Origin: Nageia nagi
Lineage: Eukaryota; Plantae; Pinophyta
Direction of reading: 5' to 3'
Length of the DNA: 64,000 nt
NCBI GenBank assembly: GCA_050084985.1
Contig: JBITNC010000001.1
Span: 75,764,001 to 75,828,000, forward strand
The translations under genes were made by a program, and so were the position numbers. Under the pieces are notes generated by a model. It was not told where the DNA came from. It did not search any database and saw nothing but the letters and a program-made list of their open reading frames with translations. Of the stretch, positions 38,880 to 53,574 are shown piece after piece; the stretch's first letter is position 1; each line of letters starts with the position of its first letter.

Positions 38880-39355
38880 CAAGTTTCTTGTGCGTAATTT
38901 TTTGGTTCAATTTAAGGGAACTAGTTTTGAACAAAACCTTATGATTCATGTGGCTAATTAAAAAATGTTACCTAAAAATGGCTTAAATCATTTAATTATT
39001 TCTTCTTGCTAGCACCTTTCCGATTATTTTTCATCTATTTTGAAAGTTATATTTGAGGGACAATTGTAAATCATCTCTTAATGATTTTGTGGGGATAATT
39101 TTAAAACTACCACCTTAAAAATCACCTACATCATCTATTTATTTCCTCCAACCTATACCTTTCAATTGTTTTCATCCTTTTTGAGATCACTTTTTTAGGG
39201 GTGGTTTTAAATCACCTCTTAATGAATTTTTGGGGAGAATTTAAAATTGACCCACAAAAAAGGCTACTAAAACCATGAATGTAGGAGATTTAAAGCCTTC
39301 ACCTCATAATCACCTCAAATTACCTACCTCTAAAGCCCATTTTTAGTCTACTAAT
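38880..39355. repeat. Possible CACTA-type subterminal repeat region
   Basis: Repeated AAATCACCTC/GGTGGTTTT motifs in both orientations. Ends CTACTAATA, possibly a decayed TAGTG terminus. Confidence 0.3.
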
Positions 39356-39359
39356 ACCT

Positions 39360-42300
39360 TGATCCATTACCCTCAATATAATAATAAATTCACCCATGTA
39401 ACCACTACCATTCAAATCTTATATGGGTGCATAACATGTGATCAACTATCTTTTAATACCTTACTAAACATGTTTTAGGATAACATATGCAATTACTCCA
39501 TACTATTTTTATTATAATTCTCATATCCTTCTTAACCATGCTTCTTTACTTTTTTATGGTTTCAAATGCCTAATCATTGTATTTCAAGAAGAAGTCTTAG
39601 ATCTTCTTAAAATATCATAAATCAAATACATATAATAAAGAGAATTATCAATGTTTGATGTTTTCATGTATCCAAATAAATTAGGATGTTTAATATGAAT
39701 TATTTTATAATTATCAATATTTTATATTTAGATGTATCCAAATAAATTCATATGTATAATCTAAATTATTTTAGAATTATCAATGTTTGATTTTTTCTAG
39801 GATTTTCTCTTTAGCATATGATTTCTCAAACCATACCCCTCACAAATATTCTACTTTTCTTGAATGGGTGGCATCCTAAGTATCAATTCATTTATGAACA
39901 TTCTCCATGAATTATAAAAAAATATGTATCTAAATATCAAGCACCATATTCAAGTTATATCCTTCTTTAAAATAGAGAAGAAGACTTCTCATGGAGAGGT
40001 TTGGTGTTATATTCCCTTGTAGATAAAAGAAAAGGATAAAAAAGGAACATTACTCAAAAGTAAAATTTCTAAATGCAATTAAAAAACTAGGAAACCCTAC
40101 TCCACTTATATTATTTTTAGTTATCATCCAATGCCTGACAATATGTTAATTGAGTATCATGGATTATAATGGGGAATATATCCTTCAAAATTATAGATCT
40201 GAAATAGAAGTTTTTAAGGGTCTATATGTTACATTTAAAGCTTTAAAGCTCCCCACTTTCAAATTATGACCTTTTCTTCTTTGTAAATATTAGTACCACA
40301 TACAATCATAGTTATTAATAGTTATAATTAATAATTACATCAAATCTAAGTTATTTTAGTTAGACAGTATATTATCATGATATAAAATATAATACTTGAT
40401 CTCAAGTACCTATTCATTTCATCTCCTTCCATGAGTCTACTTATTAAAGAAAAAAATAATATGATTAGGATGTTCATGTTGCACCCTTATCATTAGCCCC
40501 TTTGCTAGTTCTAATATTTTATATTCCTCCTTTTCTCTACCTCTCATTACTTTATTACTCATAGTAGAGTAGAATGTTCTAACCATATAACATAACCATA
40601 TAACAATAACATAACCGTATAACAATTCAAATAAGCATAACCATAACAATCAACTACAAAATTCAATTACAACACAAATTTGAAATATAAGATAACCATC
40701 ACAATAATTTCAAACATATTATAACCATCAAAGTATTGTAAATCACACATAACATAACAATCAAGGTATTCTAAATCAAACATAACCATAAAAACTATTA
40801 ATGTAGTCTAAACCAAAGGAGTCTAAACAATAACTATAGAAACCATCAAAGTAGTGCAACAAAAACCATCGAAGTACTAAAAAGTGTCAAATCAAACTAA
40901 GATCCCTCTTCCCCTTATCCTCCTCCAGAACCCTCTAGCTCATTTGAAAACCTAATAAGATTAGTAGCTTTGGTAAGATTGCATAATATATTATTTTTTG
41001 AGGTAGGTACATTGTCTAATAAAAGCAAACTTAGATCCGTAGTAGTTTTATCTCTCCATAAAATGCTTGGATCATGTTGATGATCTTTAATTTTCAATAT
41101 ATAAGCAATATTCATATTTCTCAATTGGGCTATTTCATCCTTCATTTGAATGGTCATTGTGACACTTTTTTTTGCAATTTTCAAATTAATTTTAAACATT
41201 TGAACATCTTTTAACAATTTATCATAGCTATCTTGCAATCAAATAACAATATAAAAATTATAAACATGAATATAAATATATTTTCCAAAACATAAACATA
41301 ACATATGTAAACATTGAAATTAAGAAACCAAATTGTTACCTCAACTTGTTCCATTTGCACCTTCGCAATCTCTACCAAATTTTTATCTCTTAACCAAAGG
41401 TCATAGTAAGCTAGGGTCTCTGCATTTAAATTTTGCAAATGAATACACATAATACCCATTATGTTATCATTGTATTCACATTGAACATTGATTGAACCTG
41501 CTTGTGCTTGATTCTTCAAAGTTTCTATTTTAGTAGGTTTATTCTCAACCATTTTTTACAAAGAATCACATTGAGAATGATTATGATAATGGGTATTAAT
41601 TTTTTTATCAATTCTTTGGCTTGTACTTCCCATGTATTTAAAGTATTAATGTTATCTAGGATAACATCATTCAATTATGCAAATGTATCATCTAAAATAA
41701 GTGCATTCAAGGGAAAGTAGGTGAGGTCATCATTTGTTTTACCAACAATGTCTTCCACATCTTGTGAAGGTGCTGTAGTACTTGTCTGTTGTGGATGAGA
41801 AACATGAACTTGACTCTAAATGATATTAAGGGTGTTCAACAGTGGATTTGAACCAATACCCATCCCCAAATAATCCACATCCAAAGGAATGTTTTGTAAA
41901 CTAAAAATACCAACACTATGTACATCATCCAAATGTAGATCAAGAAAAGAAGACATTCTTGATAAGTTCACCATTTTGTGACTAATAGAAGGAGAACCTT
42001 GTTGTAACTTTAGGAATTTTCCTACTCTTTTTGTGGATACTAGACGTGCAACAAGAGGAGGATGAGGCATGGGTGACAATGACTTCTTTTTTGGAGAACT
42101 AGATCTACTACCTATATCAAAAAACATTTTATTATGAAATATGAATTCATTTCTATGGTAAAACAAGTTAAGATAAAAATAAAATCTAAAACTAGATACC
42201 TAAAGGAGGTGTAGTGGAAGTATTTTGAAATGGTTGATTAGGTGAATCTACCATATCTTGATCTTCAACTATGATGAGTAGAATAAAAATTGAATGAAAA

Positions 42301-44040
42301 GTTGAAAAGATTAGAATGCTAGCGCATGAAAGTAAGATGCAACTATGTGGTTGCATCTTGCTATCGTATGGTTGCAATGTTGAATAAAAAGATAAAAATA
42401 ACAAATTTACTATATTACCTCCTTATGTTGCATTTTCACTGAAAGGAATTTCTTTGTCAACCATAAAATTTGAAGGCCTATCAAGAAAGTTTGTCCCTAG
42501 AATAGCAACATTTCCTTCTCGCACAACCATGATAATTTGTTAAAAAATTAAGATAATATAAATAATTTAATAAAACATTGTCAATTAAAATGTAAAATAC
42601 TTATATTCATTGAATATTCACCAACGGTAAGAGGTGATACATTCCTTTTCCTCCTTGTAGAGGATCATCTTAATATTAATGGATTTGAAGTGTCCACAAA
42701 CTCATTTTCACCATCGCCTTATAGATGAATCCTCTTAGTGTTGCTTCCATTTTAGTTGATGTTTCTTCTGAAAGATGCTAAAATAATATAATTTGATTGC
42801 TATTAGTAAAATTTTAATCATTCAAACATATCAGCTTAAAATGAGAAATAAATTTGATTTGTAAATACCTAGATTTCCTCAGTTGGTGAAGTTAGAGCTA
42901 TCATTTGTGAATGCAATGCCATTAGAATTGCTATGGTATTGATAACATTATGGAAAGCTTAATAATAAAGAGCTAAAATGTAATTTATACATGATATAAA
43001 ACTACTATCATTATGAATGGAAAAAGACACATCGTATTTAATTCTATCTTAAATATATGTACACTAGTCAAATATTTGACCACCTAACAAATGGAGGATG
43101 TAAACTATAGACCATAATGGAATGTTGGATGTTCTACCTTGCAAAATGATTTTGGACTGAAACAATTCACAAATTCTTTGAAGTAATCATGGGGGAAGTT
43201 TTTGTAAACTATTCCTCTTTTATTTTGATATTTTGCACATAAAAAAAGATGACACTTAATTAACTTTTAGTTATAGATTAATAGACAAAATTAATTAAAA
43301 TGAAATTTGAAGAATAGCTTACCAATGTTGTTGATTTGAATATGGTAAGTTTCCTCTAAATCCATTTTTTCTTCTCTAGACAATAGAGCTTTAGAGGTTA
43401 CTTAGCATACATCATCATCATGATGTGGTAAACTAATCAAATAACTAATGTTTGCAGTTGAAACTCTAAAGGAAAAACTTCTTGATTTCATAACCACATA
43501 AAACCTTGCTTTCTTGATATCATAAATAGACATAAGATAGTGTAGTAAATTTGAATATGTTTCAAATTAGGGCATAAAAATAAGCCCTTTAAACCTTATC
43601 TAGGCCACCCATTCTGAGTAACATTACAACGTAAAATAAGATAAAATACTAGGGCACAATATATTTCTATAGGAAACTCAATGGTTGGTGGACGATGAAG
43701 GGTGGGACATGGTTGTATAAAAGTAAAATATGTGACCAAGGTAAAGTATTGTAGAAGAAAGCAACAAAAATGATAGCTCTAAAAGGTCAGAATTATCTAA
43801 AACTACCAATAAAATATTACTTTATGAAAATGAAGAGCACATAGAACCTTGATTTGGGAGGAAAAGAGAGCTTTGGATAGGTGGGAAAAATGACAGATCA
43901 AAGAAAATAAGTCATTTAATGCACATATATAGGTAATTCACATGTGGCACCATGAATTGGAAGTTGACATGTGGAGCATTCGACAACATTGTACAAGATG
44001 ACTATTGATGGGGGTTTGTTTCCTATATAATGTATTAATA
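39360..44040 (-). mobile_element. Degenerate DNA-transposon-like relic (Helitron/CACTA/MULE type) with a multi-exon minus-strand gene and a possible Ulp1-like fragment
   Basis: Minus-strand ORF pieces at 40915-42400 separated by AT-rich intron-like gaps with GT donors (~43320, ~42868, ~41338). IFPII/HW pieces at ~40130-40180. AACCATAAC repeats at 40570-40900. Confidence 0.3.
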
Positions 44041-44992
44041 ACATGAGGAATAAATGGTCCATCTTAGGTTTTGAATGCCTTTTTGCCCAAATAATATTGA
44101 GTTTCTGATATTATAACTTTAAGTTGGAAGAGAGGTCCATGGCTAGCAAGAAGTGCTTTTGGAACTGTTGATGGGTCTCCTAATTAAAAACTAGGTTATG
44201 CTCTAACAAGCTTAAGATAATCTAGGATTTGGGATCGAGTTTCATTTGGTAGTATTTTAAGCTAGAAATAAATGAAAGAATCTTCATATATGAATTTAAA
44301 CTAATGGAGATAATTTGGAGTACTTCATTAAGGGAGCTATTAAAAACCTTACTTGCGAAAATCCCTAATAAACTCACCTAGTAAATGTGTTAAAAATTTA
44401 GATAAAACCAAGTAAAGAAGATCAATATAGAAATTAAGAATAACAAGAATTGGATGGGAATATGGATAAAGATATCCTATATCAATTTCTTCATGGAGAA
44501 TAAGGCTATCGATTGTTGTAGTAGATGCTCTAGGTTTAGTAAAATAGAGCCTTAAGGAGGTCTTTAGTAGTAATTAGGGTCCCAAGGACTTAAGTATGTA
44601 AGGAGAGGGAGTTGATTTATATTATGATCCTAGTTAAGAGAGGTTAGTCATCTCAAACTATTAGGTAATTTGAAACATATTTTGAATAGATTTTTTTTAC
44701 TTTCATACTAAAAATAAAAAATAGGTTTAATTCAAAGCTCATTGCCCAAGTACTTAAAATAAAAATGTATCAATAAAATTCTAACTTGATGGGAATACAT
44801 AAATTTGAAAGAGTTGTAGTAGAGATTATTTTTACAATTTTAAAGAATATTGTAAAAATTCTCAAGGTTATTGTCAATCATTTAATTGAAAAAATGCAAA
44901 TAAAATTATTGAAAAAGGAAGTATCATTACCATATGATTATAGTGATTAATTATGATTTTTTAGATTATAAAAAAAAAAAAAGATAACTTCA

Positions 44993-45014
44993 ATATATAT
45001 ATATATATATATAT
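44993..45014. repeat. (AT)11 microsatellite
   Basis: Read directly. Confidence 0.95.
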
Positions 45015-45433
45015 CAAATGATTGCTATGAAAATTATTACTTAAATAAAAATAATAGACAACAAAAATTCTTTAATTATATGATATTTGATTCTCCTTCC
45101 ATATAGTTTATGTGCAAAAGAGATGATTAAAAAGAATAATTATAAACATCTCCCAAACCCACCCCCTACAGAAAAGAAGAAGAGATCATTAATTATCAAG
45201 CGAAAACTCCAAGTTCATTATCATGGCTTTGAGAGAATCTTTTGTTGTTTTCAATGGAGACATGGTTTACCATTACTCCGTCTAGAGTCTAGTCGAAAAA
45301 GCAACCTGACTGATATTGTTGCAATGAATCCCCATATGAGGTTTCGTCAATAGAAAGCAATGGAAGAAGGAAGGGAGAGGAGCAGCGGAACAAGGGCTAT
45401 AACATAATATCTTCCCCACTTACTATTATAGAC

Positions 45434-46046
45434 ATGGAAAATGGAGATAGCACAGGAAGAAGAAATGGAGGGAGCAACGAAAGAGATCATGACACAAGAA
45501 GAACAGAGGGAGCATCGAAAGTGATCACGACGGAAGGAGAAATGGAGAGCACAAAGGAGGAAGAAATTGAGAAGGAAATGAGCAGAAATTTGTATATTGC
45601 TGCAAGGGATGGAAATGTGGCAGCACTTGATCAGCTCCACAAAGAGAACAATGATATTGTGAGCCAGACAACCCCGTATGGAAACACCACACGTCATATA
45701 GCCGCTTCTTATGGCCGTTTAAATTTTGTTACAAGTTTTATTCAGTTATTCAAAACAGATGTTGAGGCATGTAGCAGAAGTTTGACAGCTCAAAATATGG
45801 AAAGAAACAAATCACTGCACGATGCTTGTAGCAGAGGAAGTGATGGTGTAGTGAAGGTTTTATTGGAGGAAGATAAGGAACTTGCGCGTGTCAAAAATTA
45901 CAAGGATGAAGCGCCATTGTTTAACGCTGCAGAGAATGGACACTATAGGATAGTAGAACTATTGTTGCCTTGGACGCGTAATGACTGCTTATGAAGACGG
46001 GATGGCCACACACCATTGCATGTGGTCGTCTTCAAATCAAAGAAAG
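45434..46046 (+). pseudogene. Exon 1 of an ankyrin-repeat protein gene (likely ACD6/ITN1-like ankyrin-transmembrane family) with an in-frame stop
   Basis: Ankyrin motifs LYIAARDGNV, GNTTRHIAASYG, NKSLHDACSRG and EAPLFNAAENGH. After TGA at 45992-45994 the frame continues RRDGHTPLHVVV to the donor AAG|GTATGT at 46046/46047. Confidence 0.85.
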
Positions 46047-49000
46047 GTATGTATATTGTTAACTGTACACTTCCTGACTTATGGAAATGATTAAACGGCC
46101 TCGAAAATATTGTTTTTGTTTTTGCTTTGCTTACAACAATTTCTTATTGTGTACCTAGAACATAGTATGGATATGTATTCTCTCATCCATTTACAAGTAC
46201 TTATAATGTATATATTTAATATTTTTATTTAATCATCTTTTATTAACTTTTTTATAAGTTGGATAAGAGCATTTTGAAAGTTTGTTTGAAATTTTTACAT
46301 AAATTTAAAAAAAAAATTACATTTTTTAAAATCAAAACAAAATGTTAAATTATATTAATATAAACTTCTTACATTAAAAAAGAAATATTATTTTATTGTA
46401 GAATGCATAAAATAAAAATTAATTAAAATATCTTATTCTTATTCAAGCATACACACGAATCAACTAATTTTGAGCTTGATTTTCTAGAGTTGAATTGTTG
46501 CTTCATTGAATATATGAGTCAACATTTGATCCAATTGATTCTCCTGAATCTAATACATCTTTAAACATTGTAATTTACCCTTCTAGGGTTTATCCACTTA
46601 ATTTTTCATTCATTTACAAATTAGGAAATCAAAGTAGATGCTAATTAACTATCCAAACAAACACTCAACACTAAAATAAAATAGTATTAGCCAAATCAAA
46701 TATGAAGCTCATGTACGATGCGAATATGATCAATATGGAGCACAAATTTAGATCTATAACATAACAAAAATATAGGTCCAAAATACTCTAATTCACATAC
46801 ATTCCCATGCACAACAAAGAGTATAGCATAGTATAAATATATAGGAACATCATTTATATTCTAGATGGAATATGAGAGCCAATATCATGAATAATCAACT
46901 AAGAAAAGGTATACGAATGTAACAAGCCTATAACAAGTTATAGGGCAAATCTTAAGACTTCAAATATGCTCAGCCAAGACTCCTAAAGGCTAGCCTAAGA
47001 CCCAAGAAGGATCCCAAGCTTAGTGCAAGTCCTAAGATGACTCCCAATTGTTGGCACAAGCTTTCAAGTGACATGAATGATTGGCATAATTGTTTAGAAT
47101 ACTTCTCAAGGTTGGCACAAGCTTTCCTAATGATGTACAAGCTATAGAAGAGTCACTTCTAGGCAAGGGGACACCATCACCCCTAGAAGATAGATAAGAG
47201 AAGCATCCTTAAACTATGAATGATCCAAGATCAAATGCACAAGATGATATCTTCAAGTGACCAAATAAATTACCTCTATAGCATTCAAAACATACAATTG
47301 TATCTTTTAAGTTTGGCCAACCAAGGAGGGAAAAATAATAAAATATTAAAGTATCTTAAAATACCCCAATCATAGTTGACTTGATGCAGGGGCAATATTT
47401 TATTAAATGACCCTTTTTTATTATCTCAAGTAAACACATAATTCACCCAATTTGAGCACTTGCCTCCAAGGAATAGATATAAATATGATAAATAAATAAT
47501 TTGAGAAATAATGTACTCCTAATCTAAGTACTAAACATCATAATAAATAGGCATGAGGGATGGTATCTAGGTATCCCAATTTAGGGATATTACAAGTCCT
47601 TCCTCCTCAAATTGCTTACCCTTAAGCAATTACAAATGCATTCTAAAGTGTTTGTCCTATGCATAGCATTCTAAAGTGTTTTCCAAATGTGCCAACAAAT
47701 TCAAACATTCTCCAAAGTTATTCTTTGATGTTGCTAAGAAGATGCAATTATGGAGGCGGCTATCTCAAGGAGTAGAGGCGAGGAATAATGTTTGTAATGC
47801 ATGATTTTGTGTCTTTCTTCTAAACTAATCCCAATGCTTTTTTCCCCAAGAATGTGATCATAAATTATAGCTCATAGGATACTAACCTATTTTTTTATAC
47901 AAAAATGTTGTTCAAATACTTTTCATGTGTTATCCCTTTATAAGATCTAGTTATCATGTCTCTTGAGCCAATGGTAATAAACTTTGTAGGGCTATTCCGA
48001 ACCAAAAGGGTGAGCAAATAAGTCAATAGTGGAATGAATTTTTATTCCATCAAATCTATCTATTTAATACCAACAATCTTCAAATCAATCTCTCAACTAA
48101 AGTGTACTTGTTTATGTCAAACTGAAATATAAATGATTGTAAATTTGTACCTTGTTTGGTAACATCAAGATTCATGCATGTTGTTGCATAAAGTTTCATT
48201 AAATAATTATTTTTTTGTTGTTGTCCCTTCTTTGGTTAAGGGGTATGTTGTGGAATGGTGTGTTTGGTTGCCCCAAATTTTCAATAACAAATGAAGACAT
48301 GCTAGAAAATGTATGGTTATTATAAAGATGAAATGTCCACTATTTCCCCTTCTTAAAATATCATCATACCTTACTATTCAAAATATGAGAATACATAAGC
48401 CTCAGTTATGTCCATTGTTGATATGTATAATAGTTCTTTAATGGTGGAAAAATCCCTAGGACTATCAAAAAAATTAGAGTTAGTATCTTAGTTGTTCTTT
48501 GCTATTGGCGATTAATTTTGGTTCACTTTTTCCTTGTAATCATTATTGTAACTTCCAAGTATATTGTTCTCCCTCTTTGTTAGTGTATAGAGCCTTGTTT
48601 TGGTAAATTATTCTAACTTCATGTATCCTAAACTGACAATATACCCAAGAGATGAAAACATACCTGATAACTTATCATAAAATCCAATTGTATGGATCTT
48701 AAATGTCTCATGAGGGTTAGGACTATTTTTTTCTATCAAAGACATACTTATATTATTGTAGAAACTAAGAATACTCATATTTCAATTGTTATACCTTGTG
48801 TTATGTGTTGGAATTATATCCTACATATCCCTAAGTCCTAAGTTAATAGATTAATTAATTAGGATTAAGAGTATTTCCTAAAGTATTAATATTAGCTTGT
48901 GAGGAATATTTGGTCTATGTTGACCATATTCCATACTTAGCGTATTTGTTAGGATAGGCATCACTTATTGTCTTGTAGTTCACGTAGGTGTGCTATTTGT

Positions 49001-49250
49001 GATATTTGTTATGGTGTGAGAATATTGCATCTCAACCATTTAGCTTGTCTTGTAATGGCTCACAAAGCCTATATATGTAACTCATTTTTATGAGTAATAT
49101 AGAACATTATAGTTCTCGCAAATGGTATCAGAGCTAGTTCAATCTATTGGGATTGAGTAGTGAGTGAGGTGACTTGTATGAAGTTTTGAAAGCTTCATTT
49201 GATGAGGATCCAACAACTCTTGGAAGAAGATTGTCAATTGTGATTGTAGC

Positions 49251-52200
49251 AATGGCAAATTCAAATGGGAATGTTCCAATTCCAGAATTCAAAGGAGAGA
49301 ACTATGATTATTGGTCTACCAAAATGAGGCATTTGCTCATTGGTAAAGGCTATTGGGATATCATAGAAGAAGGCTATGATGAACCTACTAATTGGAGTCT
49401 AGTTCCAGCTACCCAAAAGCAAACCTTGAAGGAGGCACAAAAGAAGAATAGCATGGCAATGTACTTCATTCAAGCTACCTTAGATGAATCCATTTATCCA
49501 AGAATCACAAGTTGCACTTCAGCCCAAGAAGCTTGGAAAGTCTTGAAGGAGAGCTATGAAGGTAGCAAACAAGTCAAGCAAGTGAGGTTGCAAACTCTCA
49601 AAATGGAGTTTGAAAATCTCAGGATGAGAGAAGATGAGAAGGTTGGAGACTATTGTTTGAGAGCCAAGATTTGTGTAGACAAAATGAGAGCTCTTGGAGA
49701 AGAAGTAGAGAATGAGGTGATTGTAAAAAAGGTGTTGAGAACACTTTTTCCCAAGTGGACCCAAGTCTCCATTGTGATTGAGGAGAGTAAGGATCTATCT
49801 ACTCTCACCTATGATAAGCTCATAGGATCATTAATGTCTCATGAGGAAAGGTTTTCTTCAACTCCACATCTTGGAGGCATGGAAGAAATAGCTTTTTCAT
49901 CCAAAGAGGGTGAAACTAGTGGCCAAGCCAAAGGCCATGGAAGAGGTAGAGGAAGATCTCCCTTTAGAGGAAGAGGAAGAGGAAGAAAAGGTCCTCAAGG
50001 TAGAGGAAGTGGAAGAGGTGATAAAAGTAACAAGCAATATTACTATTTCCATAGATATGGACACTTTGAGAAGGAATGTAGAACAAAGGCTGCAAATGAA
50101 GCAAAGGAGAGTGCAAACTATGGAGAGGAAGGAGAGCCTTCTTCACTTTTCTTGTCATATGGAAAATCTGATCAAAACATGGGACAAACATGGCTTCTTG
50201 ATACTGGTTGTAACAATCATATGACTAGTAATGGAGAATTATTTTCTTCAATCAACAACTCATATAAGTCCAAGATCACTCTTGGAGATGATAAAGCCTT
50301 GCATGTTGAAGGCATTGAAGCTATGGATGTGCACACCAAAGAAGGTATTAAGAAGGTAAAGGATGTTTATCATATTCCCAATTTGAAGCATAATCTCTTG
50401 AGTGTTGGTCAAATGATGGAGCATAATTATAGTCTTTTATTTGCAAAGAATGCTTGCAAGATTTTGGTAATGGGAATAGGCTTGTTACTACTGTTCCAAT
50501 GACCAAAAATAGATTTTTCCCTCTCAAATTTGGGGAGCAAGGTACCAATTTTGCACATGTGGCTATTGATAATAAAAATTGGTTGTGGCACTTGAGATAT
50601 GGGCATTTAAATTTCTCAAGTTTGAAGACATTGGCTTCTCAAGAGATGGTTTATGGGCTTCCAAAAGTAGATGATCCAAAGAATATTTGTGAAGGATGTG
50701 TATTGGGAAAGCATTCAAGGAAAAGCTTTCCAAAAGATCAAGCATGGAGGGCTTCCTATCCCCTACAATTGGTGCATAGTGATTTGTGTGGACCTATGCA
50801 AACTCAAAGTCTTGGTAAGAACTACTACTTCCTCACTTTCATTGATGATTTTTCAAGAATGTGTTGGGGTACCTCTTGAAAACTAAAGATGAAACATTTG
50901 ATAAATTCAAAGAATTCAAAATAAAAGTTGAAAATGAAAGTGGGTATGCAATCAAGTGTTTAAGAAGTGATAAAGGAGGTGAATTTTGTTCCAATGAATT
51001 CTTCAATTTTTGTAATAATTGTGGAATTAAAAGGCAATTAACAAGTGCATACACACCACAACAAAATGAAGTGGCTGAAAGAAAGAATATAACCTTGAAT
51101 AATATGGCTAGAAGTATGCTCAAAACTAAGAATTTATCAAATATGTATTGGGAGGAGGCAATTAGGACAGCCATGTATCTCTTGAATAGATGTCCTACCT
51201 CTAGCTTGGATGGGGTGACACCATATGAAGCTTGGTATGGCAAAAAGCCAACTATTGCAATTTGAAAGTTTTTGGTTGTTTAGCCTATGATCATGTTCCA
51301 AAAGAAAATAGGCAAAAGCTTGATGCAAAAAGTGAACCATGTATCTTTATTGGGTATTGTGAAAATACCAAAGCATGGAGATTGTACAATCCAAAAATTG
51401 AAAAGCTTATTGTATCTAGAGATGTGATTTTTGATGAAGGGGGAGCATGGGGTCATCAAAAATACTATTTGGATGGTGATTCCAATAATAGTGGCTCTCC
51501 AAATGTGCAAGCAAAGATTCAGCTCAAGCAAGCAAAAATACCTCAAGATGGCAATCATGTAAGTTCTTTCAATTCTAGCCCATGTTCTTCACCAAGTTCA
51601 AAATCCTCAAGTGATGGTTCTTTGGAGGAAGCAAAAATAAATTTAAAGAAACATAAGCAATTTTTGATTGATCATCCATCATCACAAATGCTTGATCAAA
51701 ACTTTGGTAGAAGAATAACTAGAGCACAAGCTAAAGAAATGGAAAGTGTTGTTAATAATCTTCAAAATATGTACTTGTATGGAGATAGCAATGATGATGA
51801 ACCAAAAGGTGATGTGGTAAATTATGCTTTGATGAGTATAATTAATGTTGAACCTTATTGTTATGAAATTGCATGTACTAATGATTTGTGGATGAAAGCA
51901 ATGCAAGAGGAGATGGATTCCATCAAGGAAAATGATACTTGGGAGCTAGTTGAGCTTCCACAAGGAAAGAAGGTAGTAGGCTCCAAGTGGGTCTACAAGA
52001 CAAAGTATAATGCGAATGGCACTATTCAAAAACACAAAGCAAGACTAGTGGCAAAAGGTTTCACTCAAAAGTATGGCATTGATTATGAAGAGACTTTTGC
52101 ACCCGTTGCAAGGCAAGAGACAATTAGATTGGTTCTATCCTTGGCTGCCCAAAAAGGATGGAGAGTGCATTCTTGAATGGATACATACAAAAAGAGGTAT

Positions 52201-52292
52201 ATGTACAACAACATCAAGGATTTGAGATCAAAGGCAAAGAGGACATGGTCTACAAATTGAAGAAGGCCTTGTATGGCCTCAAACAAGCTCCA
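49251..52292 (+). pseudogene. Copia gag-protease-integrase and RT N-terminal half, with four frameshifts
   Basis: FKGENYDYWS, WLLDTGCNNHMT, LWHLRYGH, LVHSDLCGP, TPQQNEVAER, KARLVAKGF and KKALYGLKQAP. No YVDD and no RNase H core follow. Confidence 0.95.
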
Positions 52293-53574
52293 TTATTCTT
52301 CACTCCCAAGAAAGAGGCATATTGTGAACCCATTCTTATGATGGAGAATGAGGAGGAGCCTTGCTTATTTGAAAGTTTTTTGGAGGAGTCTTATGATGAA
52401 GACTTATGTGAACACATGTCTTTTGAATAAGGCATGCATTATTGTAATGATGATGAATTCTTCCTTGAAGAAGAAGACACATATGATGAAAACTATGAAG
52501 GAGAATTCCTTGGAGAGGAATTAGATTGGCCTTGTGATGATCCATGTCTTATGGAAGAGACATTTGAAGAGTGCTCCATGGTGGAGGCACAAACTAAAGA
52601 AGTCATTCTCATGGAGGAGAATGAGGAGGAGTCAACCCAATGTTGGCAAGAGTTCTTTTTTGATAAAGAACAAGATGAAGACACCCTTGAGGAGGAGTGT
52701 TCCATGGCTGAAAACTACTCACATGGAGTAGATGAAACTCACTCACATGGAGTGAATGAAGACAAGGCTCAAATCATATGTGATGATGATTCCATTGCTC
52801 AAGTTGATGGTGAAGACACCCAATGTGAAGATCATCAAGAAGAAACTCTCAAGGAGGAGAGTGTATGTGAGAATCTTCTTCTTGTTGAGAAGAGAGGAGA
52901 AGATGAGGAATGCTTCATGGAGGAAGCACAACATGATGATTGTCTTATGAAGATAATATGGGATGATGATCTTAGAGAGGTCATTGATGAAGAACTTGGG
53001 TCATGTGGATCCAAATTAAGAATGTAAAACCTTAGTTAGGTGTGATATTTGGAGTGATAATTTGTGTGAGGAGCAACTCAAAGTTGCATATGTAATTAGT
53101 CAATGTGTGGCTATGTATTGTCTCAAAGTGTGTGTAGACATTTGTGAGAGAGTAGTGTGGTATAATGATTATTGTGAAATGATGAGAACATACTCATGTG
53201 GAGTATGCTATGATGTAATGAATGCAAGAGCAAATGACTACTTGCAAACATGGTTTAAACACCATATAAAAAATGAGAGAGAGATGAAAGAATGGTTCAA
53301 ACACCATTGTGAGAGAGATTGGTTCTTGAAAACCAATACTTATAGCAATTATGGAATACCACTACAAGCATGGTTTGAGGACCATGAAGAAGAGAGAATA
53401 TGGTTGTTGAAGACCATAAAGAATTTTGTTCAAAGGGGAGCAAATTACCAAAAAGCACTCAATCTTGGAGGAGCAACATCAACAATGGATGAGATCCCAC
53501 TTAGAGAGTGGAAGGAGTGCTACCACTTATTTCTTGAAAATTTTGATTTTCTTTTGTATGATTGGAGGAAATGA
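52293..53574 (+). pseudogene. Unknown Glu/Asp/Cys-rich ORF fused in frame to the truncated Copia RT
   Basis: ORFs 52158-52430 and 52434-53027 share a frame with one stop between them; 53062-53574 follows after a frameshift. Internal repeats EECSM and WFKHH/W.LKT. Confidence 0.65.

Noticed and set aside
45347-45697. Antisense 116-aa ORF over the ankyrin exon, and similar antisense ORFs over the Copia element
   Set aside because: These are shadow ORFs of purine-rich sense coding sequence with no independent evidence.
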